Shown here: one piece after another, positions 1-11,009 of the stretch
Numbering within the stretch: position 1 is the first letter of the stretch
How the letters are laid out: each line of letters begins with the position of its first letter
Assembly: GCF_044704955.1 (NCBI RefSeq)
Contig: NC_092006.1
Coordinates: 4,836,001-4,900,000, forward strand
Direction of reading: 5' to 3'
DNA: 64,000 nt
Source of the DNA: Pristiophorus japonicus
Taxonomy: Eukaryota
Made by a program: the position numbers and the translations under genes
The notes under the pieces: generated by a model
Told to the model about the DNA's origin: nothing
What the model saw: only the letters and a program-made list of their open reading frames with translations
Databases searched by the model: none

Positions 1-164
1 CGAAGCTCCCGCAGAATTCCCCGTTTGCAAAGCGGCTTGAAATTGCACCGGTGGTGTTTCGGCGTTAAGGTTCTCCAATCGGCGTTACAATGGTTCTGCG
101 TTGGTCAGTTTCCTCTTGCGATTAATTATTGATCAATGCGCATCAGATCGACAGAGTTCTTATA

Positions 165-600
165 TTCAGAGGAAAGGTTGGATAGGCTGGCGTTGTTGTC
201 TTTGGAACAGAGGAGGCTGAGGGGAGAGCTAATTGAGGTGTGTAAAATGCTGAGGGGCCAGGATAGAGTGGATAGGACGGACCTGTTTCCCTTGGCAGAG
301 GGGTCAACAACCAGGGGGCATAGACTGAACGTAATTGGGGGGAGGTTTAGAGGGGAGTTCAGGAGAACTTTGTTCACCCAGAGGGTGGTGGGGGTCTGGG
401 GCGGAGCTCGCTGCCTGAAAGGGCGGTAGAGGCAGAAACCCTCACCACATTTGGATGTGCACCTGAAGTGCCGTAACCTACAGGGCTACGGACCAAGAGC
501 GGGAAAGTGGGATTAGGCTGGGTGGCTCTTGGTCGGCCGGCCCGGACACGATGGGCCGTAATGGCCTCCTTCCGGGCTGTAAGTTTCTAGCGTTTCTATG
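165..600 (+). mobile_element. CR1 LINE 3' fragment
   Basis: ERLDRL..LEQRRLRG..FTQRVV RT C-terminus, followed by a 3' tail. Confidence 0.85.
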
Positions 601-627
601 GTTTCAGAGGAAACTTTCCACCATGCT

Positions 628-705
628 TCATATCCATGAGCTGTTCACTTTCCTTTCCTGTCGGACTGTTGGATCCGCCTTAAATGCCAGTTGGGCGTAA
701 AGAGT
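628..705 (-). CDS. Gene A exon 6: TLYAQLAFKADPTVRQERKVNSSWI* (ITIM/ITSM-like)
   Basis: Acceptor ttctgttttctctcatag; phase 0; homologous to 12831-12875 and 37314-37349. Confidence 0.85.
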   Translation of the reverse strand, partial: TLYAQLAFKADPTVRQERKVNSSWI

Positions 706-3700
706 CTATGAGAGAAAACAGAAACCATTATCGCGGCTCACATCATCACCATCGGAACGGAGTGACAGGAGGAGGCCATTCAGCCCCTCGAGCATGTTCC
801 CCCACTCAATAAGATAAGAACATAAGAAATAGGAGCAGGAGTCGGCCATTCGGCCCCTCGAGCCTGCTCCGCCACTTAATGAGATCATGGCCGATCTGAT
901 CATGGACTCAGCTCCACTCCCCTGCCTGCTCCCCATAACCTCTTATCGCCATCGTTCAAGAAACTGTCTATCTCTGTCTTAAATTTATTCAATGTCCCGG
1001 CTTCCACAGCTCTCTGAGGCAGCAAATTCCACAGATTCACAATCCTCTGAGAGAAGAAATTTCTCCTCATCTCAGTTTTAAATGGGCGGCCCCTTATTCT
1101 AAGATCGTGCCCCCTAGTTCTAGTCTCCCCCATCAGTGGAAACATCCTCTCTGCATCCACAGCTGATCCTGTATCTTAACTCACTCTACCCACCTTGGTT
1201 CCCTAACCCTTAATCCCCTTACCCAACAAGAGTCGATCCACCTCTGTCTTGACATTTCCAACTGACCCCTGACCTCGACAGCTTTTTGGGGGAGAGAGTT
1301 CCAGATTCCCGCTCCCCTTTGTGTGAAGAAGTGTTTCCTGTCATCACCCCTGAACGGTCTGGCTCGAAATTTAAGGTGACGTCCCCTTGGTCTGGACTCA
1401 CCCCGCCAAAGGAACTCATTTCTCTCTCTATCCACCTATCGAACACTTTAATCATCATAAACAACTCGATTAGATCGCCCTTTAATCTTCTATACTCCAG
1501 GGAATAAAAGCTTAGTCTGTGCGACCTGTCTTAATAATTTAACGCTTTTAGCCCCTGTATTATTAGTTAGGCCACAGCTGAAGTACTGCGTGCAGCTCTG
1601 GTCACCACATTACAGGAAAGATGTGATTGCACTGGAGAGGGTGCAGAGGAGATTTACCAGGATGTTGCACTGGAGAGGGTGCAGAGGAGATTTACCAGGA
1701 TGTTGCACTAGAGAGGGTGCACAGGAGATTTACCAGGATGTTGCACTAGAGAGGGTACAGAGGAGATTTACCAGGGTGTTGCACTGGAGAGGGTGCAGAG
1801 GAGATTTACCAGGATGTTGCACTGGAGAGGGTGCAGAGGAGATTTACCTGGATGTTGCACTGGAGAGGGTACAGAGGAGATTTACTAGGATGTTGCACTG
1901 GAGAAGGTGCAGAGGAGATTTACCAGGATGTTGCACTGGAGAGGGTGCAGAGGAGATTTACCAGGATGTTGCACTGGAGAGGGTGCAGAGGAGATTTACC
2001 AGGATGTTGCACTAGAGAGGGTGCAGAGGAGATTTACCAGGATGTTGCACTGGAGAGGGTACAGAGGAGATTTACCAGGATGTTGCACTAGAGAGAGTAC
2101 AGAGGAGATTTACCTGGATGTTGCACTGGAGAGGGTACAGAGGAGATTTACTAGGATGTTGCACTGGAGAGGGTGCAGAGGAGATTTACCAGGATGTTGC
2201 ACTAGAGAGGGTGCAGAGGAGATTTACCAGGATGTTGCACTGGAGAGGGTGCAGAGGAGATTTACCAGGATGTTGCACTAGAGAGGGTGCAGAGGAGATT
2301 TACCAGGATGTTGCACTAGAGAGGGTGCAGAGGAGATTTACCAGGATGTTGCACTAGAGAGAGTACCGAGGAGATTTACCAGGATGTTGCACTGGAGAGG
2401 GTACAGAGGAGATTTACTAGGATGTTACACTAGAGAGGGTGCAGAGGAGATTGACCAGGACATTGCACTAGAGAGGGTACAGAGGAGATTTACCAGAATG
2501 TTGCACTAGAGAGGGTACAGAGGAGATTTACCAGGATGTTGCATGGACTGGAGAATTTTAGCGATGAGGAAAGATTGGATAGGCTGGGGGTTGTTTTCTC
2601 TGCAACAGAGGAGGCTGAGGGGAGACCTGATTGAGGTGTATAAAATGATGAGGAGCCTGGATAGAGTGGATAGGACGGACCTGTTTCCCTTGGCAGAGGG
2701 GGTCAACAACCAGTGGGCATAGATTGAAAGTAATTGGGCGGAGGTTTAGAGGGGATTTGAGGGGAAATGTCTTCACCCAGAGGGTGGTGGGGGTCTGGGG
2801 CGGAACTCACTGCCTGAAAGGGTGGTAGAGGCAGAAACCCTCACCACATTTAAAAAGTACCTGGATGTGCACTTGAAGTGCCGTAACCTACAGGGCTACG
2901 GATTGAGAGCGGGAATGTGGGATTAGGCCGGGTGGCTCTTGGTCGGCCGGCGTGGGACACGATGAGCCGAATGGCCTCCTTCCGCGCTGTAAACTTCTGT
3001 GATTCTATGATTATTCTGTCAACTTGTAATTATATATAATCGGCAACTTAAAACATAGACCGATATTTTGTAATCTGTTTTTGCAGTTCTATCAAAATAA
3101 ACTGCTTTCCTGCGGAGTTCATTATGCAAAGTTTTATAGAATCGTTAACTATGAATCTTAACCGTTGGATTAAGGATGAGTGCAGGTAACTGCAAGGTGT
3201 CAAGCAAAGACAATTATTTTCACTCTCACCTCCTTATCTCTTGCACCTGGTCTGGAATCCGTGAATTTCTCATCGCTGGCCGTGTTACCTGAAATAAAGG
3301 GAATGCAATCTAAGTCTAAATGCACACACATTTCACGCTGACATGCACCGAGCCAAACGTTGTTTCCTTCAGGTAATTATCCAACTCCCTTTTGAAAGCC
3401 ACGTTTGAGTCTGCCTCTACCACCCTCTCAGGCAGTATGTTCCAGACCCTAACCACTCGCTGCTTAAAAATAGTTTTTCTTCATTTCGCCTTTGCTTCTT
3501 CTGCCTTAAATCTGTGTCCTCTGCTTCTCCACCCTTCTCCCAACGAGAACAGTTCCTCTCTGTCTGGACCCCTCACGATTTGGCCTTCCTGACTTGGGCA
3601 TAGGTCATTGGGTCACAATCCCGGAATTCCCTCCCTAACAGCACTGTTAGGAGCACCTTCACCACAGCGGACTGTCGAACTCGTTTGGCAGAACGTCTCA

Positions 3701-6700
3701 TCGCCAGAGCTGTCACACAAGCACCAACATGTAGCTTGATTGGCGGTGAGGAGGGCCTTACCCGTCAGAGCCTTCATGCACAGCCGGCGTCTCAGCAGCA
3801 CGGCACGGTGCCCCCGAGTTGGCTGCAGGGCGGACGAGACTGTCACCCATCTCCTTCAGGTTTGCCCCTTCGCAAGGCAGGTTTGGAAAGAGATGCAGTG
3901 GTTGCTGTCGAGGTTCATCCCGAGCAGCTCTGTAACACAGGACTCTGTGCTCTAGGGGCTGTTCCCAGGGACACACACCGAGACAGACATCACCTGCTGC
4001 TGGAGGGCCATCAACTTGGTCAAAGACGCTCTTTGGTCTTGCCGAGACTTGCTGGTCTTCCAGAGCAAGGAGATGTCCACGTCTGCGTGTTGCAGACTGG
4101 CGCAATCCACGATCCAGGATTACGTGCTGAGGGACGCACTTAAAATCGGTGCAGTCGCCGCAAAGGCACGGTGGGGAAGGGCCGCAGTTTAAAGCCCTTC
4201 TGACATGGTAAACCCAGGGGCAGGAATCAGTACAAAACTCCCCTCGGGCCGTACTTGTAACTTCTTTTTTGTGTCCATGGAGCACCATGATCTGTAAACA
4301 CCTGTGTAGTGTCATGTACAATGTAAGGTCTGTTTCGTAATGCACGTTGAAAAGAAAAATGTAAATGTACCGTCACCCATTCCGTGTACTGTATAGTGAC
4401 ACACGTAATGTAATTTGTCGAATGTACTACAAGGTATCCCGTATTGTACCGAATTGTACTTGAACTGAAAAGCAAAGAAATGTATCGAACGGAACTGCCG
4501 TCAGCACCCAAATGTAGTGTATGGGATTGCTGACCGCAGCTAAATGTACTGAACTGCTTTTGAATGTACTGTACAAATTTTTATACGAATAAAGTATATT
4601 TTGAAATTAAAAAAAATAACACAGTAACTGGATAGATTGGCCGCGCCTCTCGACCGCCGCTACCTGACTGCCGGGTCCTGCAGCTCCAGCTCGCCATCAC
4701 CGTCACCATCAGGAGGAGGAGAAGCGCCACCGAGCAAGTCACCAAAACCCATAAACTACAGTCGCTGTGCAGCGGGAGCCCTGTACACAAGGGGGAAAAA
4801 CAGCCTCTTAGTTAAAAGAAAATCCCGTAACCCAAGCCCTCTGCTTCTCGCAGGAGGTTCAGGGAGACCCAATACCATCTTCCAGGGTCCACGAGGGTTA
4901 GATACTCAATACCAAGTCTTCCCAACATCAATAGATAGAGATNNNNNNNNNNNNNNNNNNNNNNNNNNNNNNNNNNNNNNNNNNNNNNNNNNNNNNNNNN
5001 NNNNNNNNNNNNNNNNNNNNNNNNNNNNNNNNNNNNNNNNNNNNNNNNNNNNNNNNNNNNNNNNNNNNNNNNNNNNNNNNNNNNNNNNNNNNNNNNNNNN
5101 NNNNNNNNNNNNNNNNNNNNNNNNNNNNNNNNNNNNNNNNNNNNNNNNNNNNNNNNNNNNNNNNNNNNNNNNNNNNNNNNNNNNNNNNNNNNNNNNNNNN
5201 NNNNNNNNNNNNNNNNNNNNNNNNNNNNNNNNNNNNNNNNNNNNNNNNNNNNNNNNNNNNNNNNNNNNNNNNNNNNNNNGATACGTGTATAGATAGATAG
5301 ACCGACAGATTTATGGATAGACAGACAGATAGATGGATAGATACATCGATAAATCAATAGATAGACAGATAGACAGATATATTTATGGATAGACAGATAG
5401 ATAGATCGACAGACAGACACAGACAGACAGATAGAGGAGGTGCAACGAGACCTGGGTGTCATGGTACATCAGTCATTGAAAGTTGGCATGCAGCTACAGC
5501 AGGTGGTGAAGAAGGCAAATGGCATGTTGGCCTTCATAGCGAGGGGATTTGAGTATAGGAGCAGGGAGGTCTTACTGCAGTTGTACAGGGCCTTGGTGAG
5601 GCCTCACCTGGAATATTGTGTTCAGTTTTGGTCTCCTCATCTGAGGAAGGACATTCTTGCTATTGAGGGAATCAGCAAAGGTACACCAGACTGATTCCCG
5701 GGATGGCAGGACTGACATATCAAAAAAGGCTGGATCGACTAGGCTTATATTCACTGGAATTTAGAAGAATGAGAGGGGATCTCATAGAAACATATAAAAT
5801 TCTGACGGGACTGGACAGGTTAGATGCAGGAAGAATGTTCCCGATGTTGGGGAAGTCCAGAACCAGGGGTCACAGTCTCAGGATAAGGGGTAAGCCATTT
5901 AGGACCGAGATGAGGAGAAACTTCTTCACTCAGAGAATTGTGAACCTGTGGAATTCTCTACCACAGAAAGTTGTTGAGGCCAGTTCGTTGGATATATTCA
6001 AGAGGGAGTTAGATGTGGACCTTACGGCTAAAGGGATCAAGGGGTATGGAGAGAAAGCAGGAATGGGGTACTGAAGTTGAATGATCAGCCATGATCATAT
6101 TGAATGGTGGTGCAGGCTCGAAGGGCCGAATGGCCTGCTCCTGCACCTACTTTCTATGTTTCTATATTTGGACGGACGGATAGATGGTAAACAGACAGAT
6201 AGTTTACAGATAATACAACACTTGGTAAAGCAGTGGATCAGGATGAGGATAATTATAGGCTGCAGGAGAGCACAGACGGGTTGGTGAAATGGCCGTCAGC
6301 ACGGCCGGTGGGGTTCAAAGCGGGGAAGTGTTAAGTGTTTCAGTTTGGGAGGGGTAACATGGACAGACAATGTACTGTGAATGGCATCGAGCGAGGACGT
6401 GATCCACCGGAAATGGCAGTATATTATTCTCCAATTTGACCCATGGATCGCCCAGGAATATACCTGCTCTCCCAGCAGGTAGATATGACCTAGCAGGACA
6501 GAAGGACCTTATAATTGAGAAAGGTAAACATTGAGAGATCTGGGAGAGGTAAATCATTGAGATACTTACACACGAATTTGCAGAAAGGAAGAGAATTTGA
6601 ATGTATAACGTGACAGGGCTAACAATGATCTCTTACATCACCATTGAAGATATTAGTGAAGGAGAATAGTTACCGCTCAGCGATGAGATGCTTTCACTGA

Positions 6701-8375
6701 TGAAATTGTCGGTGGAATTGACCGGAACGGCGCAAGTGCAGACAGCGCCACTCCGCCAAGTTTCCGCCGAGACGCTGAGGTGACTCCCGACCGTGAGCGT
6801 CCCGTCCGGCTCGGTGGTCCCGGAGTCGCTCTGTCCCTCGGCGAGCCGTCCCGAAACAGTCCAGCGGACGGGAAGGGAATCGGGAGTCAGGCTTCTGACC
6901 AGACACAGCAGCGGGACCCTCGCCAGCGAGGGAATTTCGTCCTGCGGCGGAGTTAAGAGCTGTATTTCCGGAGACCCTGCCGAATTTGGGGAGGATTAAT
7001 ATTCGACGGAAATCGCTCGTTATTTACAACGAAATTTGTAAACGAATTCTTACCTGTAATGAGCAATTTCGAGCCGTTTCCGAATATAAGGTGCAATAGA
7101 CTAGATTTCTTAGCTGCGCAGTAATACACCCCTGAATCGTTCCCCTGGACCTCGTTCACAATCAGAGAGTAAATATTGAATTTGTCGTCAATTTGTCCGG
7201 AAAACCTCCCTTCAGGAATATTGTAGTTTCTCACAGTGTAAACTTTCTGGAGAGGTCCTCGGTTCTGCTGCTTATACCACTGCACAGCTCGAGATACCAA
7301 CTGACCAGTGTGACAATCCGCCTTGAAGGTACTGCCAACTGAGAGAGTCTGGACCGACGGACTCTGGGCGAAATAGTCCTGGGGGGCAATAACTGAGAGA
7401 AGAACATGGTCACCACGGGGTCTGTTACAAGAGGAATAAACACCGCTTCAGATCAAGAAACCCACAAAGCAGTGAACGGTGAGAGAGGCGCTCGTGTTCA
7501 AGGAGCCTCATTTCTAATTGAGTTCAATGCTGAGGGTTAACATTGAGCCAATAACAGGAGANNNNNNNNNNNNNNNNNNNNNNNNNNNNNNNNNNNNNNN
7601 NNNNNNNNNNNNNNNNNNNNNNNNNNNNNNNNNNNNNNNNNNNNNNNNNNNNNNNNNNNNNNNNNNNNNNNNNNNNNNNNNNNNNNNNNNNNNNNNNNNN
7701 NNNNNNNNNNNNNNNNNNNNNNNNGAGAAAGAGAAAGATAGAGAAAGAGAGAGAGAAAAAGAAAGAGAGAGAAAGAAAGATAGAGAAAAAGAGAGAGAAA
7801 GAAATAGAGAGAAAGAGAGAGAAACAGATAGAGAAAAAGAGAGAGAGAAAGAAAGATAAAGAGATAGAGAGAGGGAAAGAAAGAAAGAGTTGGATTTATA
7901 TAGCGCCTTTCGCAACCACTGGACTCAAAGTGCTTTACAGCCAATGAAGTACTTTTTGAAGTGTAGTCACTGTTGTAATGTGGGAAACACGGCGCACAGC
8001 AAGCTCCCACAAATAGCAATGTGATAATGACCCAGATCAGCTGTTTTCGAGATGCTGATTGAGGGATAAATATTGGCCCCAGGACACAGGGGAGAACTCC
8101 CCTGCTCTTCTTCGAAATAGTGGCCGTGGGATCTTTTACGTCCGCCTGAGAGACCAGACGGGGCCTCGGTTTAACGTCTCAGGCAATAGATGCAGAATAT
8201 TGACATTAGGTCTATTTCCCACCAGCCTGAGATATTGCACGATGCTAATATCAGTGAACGCAGCGCGTAATCTCCGACTCGGCTGATCTTACGCCGCAGT
8301 TCCGCCATGGATTACCAGCAAATTCGACTGACCTGGAAAGAGAAGGGCGAGCACGCAGGGAGCTAAGCGATGCAT
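628..8375 (-). CDS. Gene A: non-rearranging VJ-C1-TM-ITIM Ig-superfamily receptor, 6 coding exons, 312 aa
   Basis: Exons 8375-8333, 7392-7054, 6976-6674, 4780-4664, 3288-3230 and 705-628. All are GT-AG with phases 1,1,1,1,0. Total 939 nt, open from ATG to TGA. Exon sizes match paralogs B and C. Confidence 0.88.
755..1560 (-). mobile_element. Nested CR1 3' fragments (young copy 812-1160 inside an older one)
   Basis: [12 protein letters not shown] motifs; (TAAGAACA)n tail. Confidence 0.8.
1565..3012 (+). mobile_element. CR1 3' fragment containing an internal tandem array
   Basis: QLWSPHYRKDVIALERVQRRFTRML..FTQRVV; tail tctatgatt. Confidence 0.85.
1626..2545 (+). repeat. 38-bp minisatellite GATGTTGCACTGGAGAGGGTGCAGAGGAGATTTACCAG, about 24 copies
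   Basis: Direct tandem repetition of a CR1 ORF2 segment. Confidence 0.95.
3230..3288 (-). CDS. Gene A exon 5: 59-nt cytoplasmic exon (G)NTASDEKFTDSRPGARDKE
   Basis: Acceptor ccctttatttcag, donor gag|gtgaga; phase 1 to 0; same length and phase as gene C exon 35067-35125. Confidence 0.78.
3672..4617 (+). mobile_element. Tx1/L1-clade LINE 3' end
   Basis: CPRVGC..ETVTHLLQVC C-terminal zinc-knuckle-like motif, long 3' UTR, AATAAA at 4588, A-tract at 4609. Confidence 0.75.
4664..4780 (-). CDS. Gene A exon 4: stalk and TM (G)LPLHSDCSLWVLVTCSVALLLLLMVTVMASWSCRTRQS
   Basis: Acceptor tttttcccccttgtgtacag, donor cag|gtagcg; 117 nt; hydrophobic span followed by basic residues. Confidence 0.87.
4943..5279. 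other. Assembly gap (N run) inside a GATA/GACA microsatellite (to about 5435)
   Basis: Run of Ns flanked by (GATA/GACA)n. Confidence 0.98.
5436..6165 (+). mobile_element. CR1 3' fragment
   Basis: [27 protein letters not shown]. Confidence 0.9.
6674..6976 (-). CDS. Gene A exon 3: C1-type Ig domain ([55 protein letters not shown]..)
   Basis: 303 nt, phase 1/1. C1-set pattern: LxPP, LxCLV, PxxxxVxW, DG-x-x-T-x-x-S-x-L, W-x-SG-x-x-x-TC. Not shown in the ORF track in this frame. Confidence 0.92.
7054..7392 (-). CDS. Gene A exon 2: V domain with in-exon J motif (..KADC..VQWYKQ..GRFSG..DSGVYYCAAKKSSLLHLIFGNGSKLLIT)
   Basis: 339 nt; acceptor ttcttctctcag, donor acag|gtaaga; canonical Cys, Trp, DSGxYYC and FGxG. 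Confidence 0.93.
7562..7885. repeat. Assembly gap (7562-7724) and GA-rich microsatellite in gene A intron 1
   Basis: Ns followed by (GA/GAAA)n. Confidence 0.95.
7886..8180 (-). mobile_element. Deu-domain SINE (SacSINE1-like), 3' part
   Basis: Reverse complement of the 3' half of the SINE at 27400-28065. Confidence 0.75.
8333..8375 (-). CDS. Gene A exon 1: leader MHRLAPCVLALLFP
   Basis: ATG plus 43 nt, donor ccag|gtcagt; hydrophobic; same size as the B and C leaders. Confidence 0.82.
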
Positions 8376-8449
8376 TGTCTGCGACTTGAGGCGTTTGCTG
8401 TCCAGCTTCACACTGACGCTTTGCCGGGAGGTCTTTGCGCCCGCAAGCG

Positions 8450-8600
8450 ACGTGAAATGCACACAGCTTGCAGAACGTGCGTTTAAAAATAGCGGTCTGG
8501 AAAATCCAGCCCGGTGCAAAAGCTGGCTGCGGGTTTCCTGTTGACACACGAGGCGCCCACGCACAGATGTGCCTGCAAAGGGCAATGTGTTACAGCTGGT
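8450..8600 (-). promoter_or_regulatory. Gene A proximal promoter (ETS-like/RUNX-like AACAGGAAACCCGCA, AT-rich box, GCATTTCAC)
   Basis: These motifs occur in the same order upstream of the B (22985-23145) and C (29655-29815) leaders, in otherwise diverged sequence. Confidence 0.5.
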
Positions 8601-8934
8601 CTGAAGGGTGCTGTGCAGTCGAGACCCATTAAACCGTGAACTAACGCCAGGCGGTGCAGAATTCCACACACCGTGTACCGCTTGTGCAATTCGAGTGGCC
8701 GCGGGGGAATTATCCCGTTTCCGAGTGTTGCGATCGATTGGTCCAGAATGCATTCATTGATACACCCTTACTCGTACCAACAAAAAATGGATCACATTCT
8801 GCCCAGAGAATGCCCTTCAAATTCTTACACTGGTAAAAAAGCAGGCACAAGGCCTCTTCTTTTTTACCAGCGTAAGAGTTTAAAGCAACAGGAAAATAAA
8901 ATATCATCACCTATTAGCTGTAGGCTGCAGGACA

Positions 8935-9405
8935 ATCGAACTGACCACACTCGATCAGCTCCACTGGGCAGGCCACATAGTTCGCATGCCAGACACGAGA
9001 CTCCCAAAGCAAATGCTCTATGCGGAGCTCCGTCATGGTAATCGAGCCAAAGGTGGGCAGAGGAAACGTTACAAGGACCACTCTCAAAGCCTCCCTGGTA
9101 AAGTGCGACATCACCACCGATACCTGGGAGACCCTGGCCGCAGACCGCCCGAGGTAGAGAACGTCCATCCGGGAGGGCGTTGAGCCCTTCGAGTCTCGAC
9201 GCAAAGAGCGTGAAGAGGTCAGGCACAGGCAGCGGAAGGAGCGCGCGGCAAACCAGCCCCACCCACCCCTTCCCCCGCCGAATGTCTGTCCCACCTGTGA
9301 CAGGGTCTGTGACTCTCGTATCGGACCGTTCAGCCACCAGAGAACTCACTTTGGGAGTGAAGGCACGTCTTCCCTGATTCCGAGGGACTGCCTGTGATGA
9401 TGATG
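8935..9405 (+). mobile_element. RTE-clade LINE 3' fragment
   Basis: WAGHIVRMPDTRLPKQMLYAEL..GGQRKRYKD; (TGA)n tail. Confidence 0.8.
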
Positions 9406-9409
9406 ATAA

Positions 9410-10258
9410 GCTCAATGAACTGGTCAGGTGGGCAGAACAGCGGCAAATGGAATTCAATCCAGAGAAGTGTGAGGTAATGCATTTGGGGAGGGCTAACAAG
9501 GCAAGGGAATACATTGAATGGTCGGACACTGAGAAGTGTAGAGGAACAGAGGGACCTTGGAGTGCAGGTCCACAGATCCCTGAAGGTAGCAGGCCAGGTG
9601 GATAAGGTGGTTAAGAAGGCATACGGAATACCTGCCTTTATTAGCCGAGGCATGGAATACAAGAGCAGGGAGGTTATGCTTGAACTGTATAAAACACTGG
9701 TTAGGCCACAGCTGGAGTACTGCGTGCAGTTCTGGTCAGGAAAGATGTGATTGCACTGGAGAGGGGGCAGAGGAGATTTACCAGGATGTTGCCGGGACTG
9801 GAGAACTTTAGCGATGAGGAAAGATTGGATAGGCTGGGGTTGTTTTCTTTGGAACAAAGGAGGCTGAGGGGAGAGCTTATTGAGGTGTCTAAAATTACGA
9901 GGAGCCTGGATAGAGTGGATAGGACGGACCTGTTTCCCTTGGCAGAGGGGTCAACAACCAGGGGGCACAGATTTAAAGTAATTGAGGGGAGGTTGAGAGG
10001 AGATTTGAGGGGAAATTTCTTCACCCAGAGGGTGGTGGGGGTCTGGGGCGGAACTCACTGCCTGAAAGGGTGGTAGAGGCAGAAACCCTCACCACATTTA
10101 ACAAGTACCTGGATGTGCGCTTGAAGTGCCGTAACCTACAGGGCTATGGACCGAGAGCGGGAAAGTGGGATTAGGCCGGGTGGCTCTTGGTCGGCCGGCG
10201 CGGACACGATGGGCTGAAACGGCCTCCTTCCGTGCCATAAATGTCTATGATTCTACGA
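9410..10258 (+). mobile_element. CR1 3' fragment
   Basis: [29 protein letters not shown]. Confidence 0.9.
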
Positions 10259-10838
10259 TTCGTACTTGTGCCAACAAAAATAGCCCACATTCTGCCCGGC
10301 GTATGCCCATGAAATTCTGACGCTGGCCAAAGCAGGAGCAAGTGGGTAGCACTCTCGTCTCAGAGTCAGAAGGTTGTGGGTTCAAGTCCCACTTCAGAGA
10401 TTGAGCATACAACCCAGAGATGGAATACTTCTCGACCTGGAGTCCAGCTTGGTGCTGTCTATAATCCACATTTTTCCATTTCCTGGATTATCCAGCTAAC
10501 CAATTACTCACATGAACGTTCCTTTCTACGTAAGTAAGAATAACATGCAGCACAGCTCAATGCAAAATCCAACGTGCATGTTTTGGTAAACTGATAAAAC
10601 CTTATATCTGAATAACATTTTAAAAATGGCAAGTTATGACAGTAAACAGCAATAAGAGTGTATACCCGGCTATAATCCACAAACCCCCGCATTCAAAGTA
10701 CATAATGAAGTGAAAACAATATGTATTTTCTCACTCTGACATTGCAATGACTCAGTAACGATTTCCCAGTCAATTGGTCTTGCAACAGAGCACTGACACA
10801 ATTTAATGGAGCTGAACTTCGATCTGAATGGGGTCGCC

Positions 10839-10857
10839 AAGCGCCCCCTGGAGGCAA
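10839..10857 (-). promoter_or_regulatory. Candidate CTCF site
   Basis: Minus strand reads ttGCCTCCAGGGGGCGCtt, close to the vertebrate CTCF core CCACCAGGGGGCGC; lies in non-repeat DNA between genes A and B. Confidence 0.55.
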
Positions 10858-11009
10858 CATGTGATAAGGGCCTGTGTCTGTTCGCGTTTCTCTGTTTCCC
10901 CTCCCCCCCCCACCTTAGCGGCTGCTTTGCCCGCTTCAGAGCTGAGGTCACGAAGCAGAGTGAGGACCATATCCTTCCTGTGACGTCCAAGATATAAGAT
11001 CATGACATC

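Noticed and set aside
7231-7443. Upstream acceptor at about 7421 / ORF 7231-7443 suggesting a frameshifted (pseudogene) V in gene A
   Set aside because: The acceptor at 7393 gives a 339-nt open VJ exon, the same length as in B and C.
4637-8019. ORFs 4637-5296, 4812-5462 and 7514-8019
   Set aside because: Open only because they cross N gaps and microsatellites.
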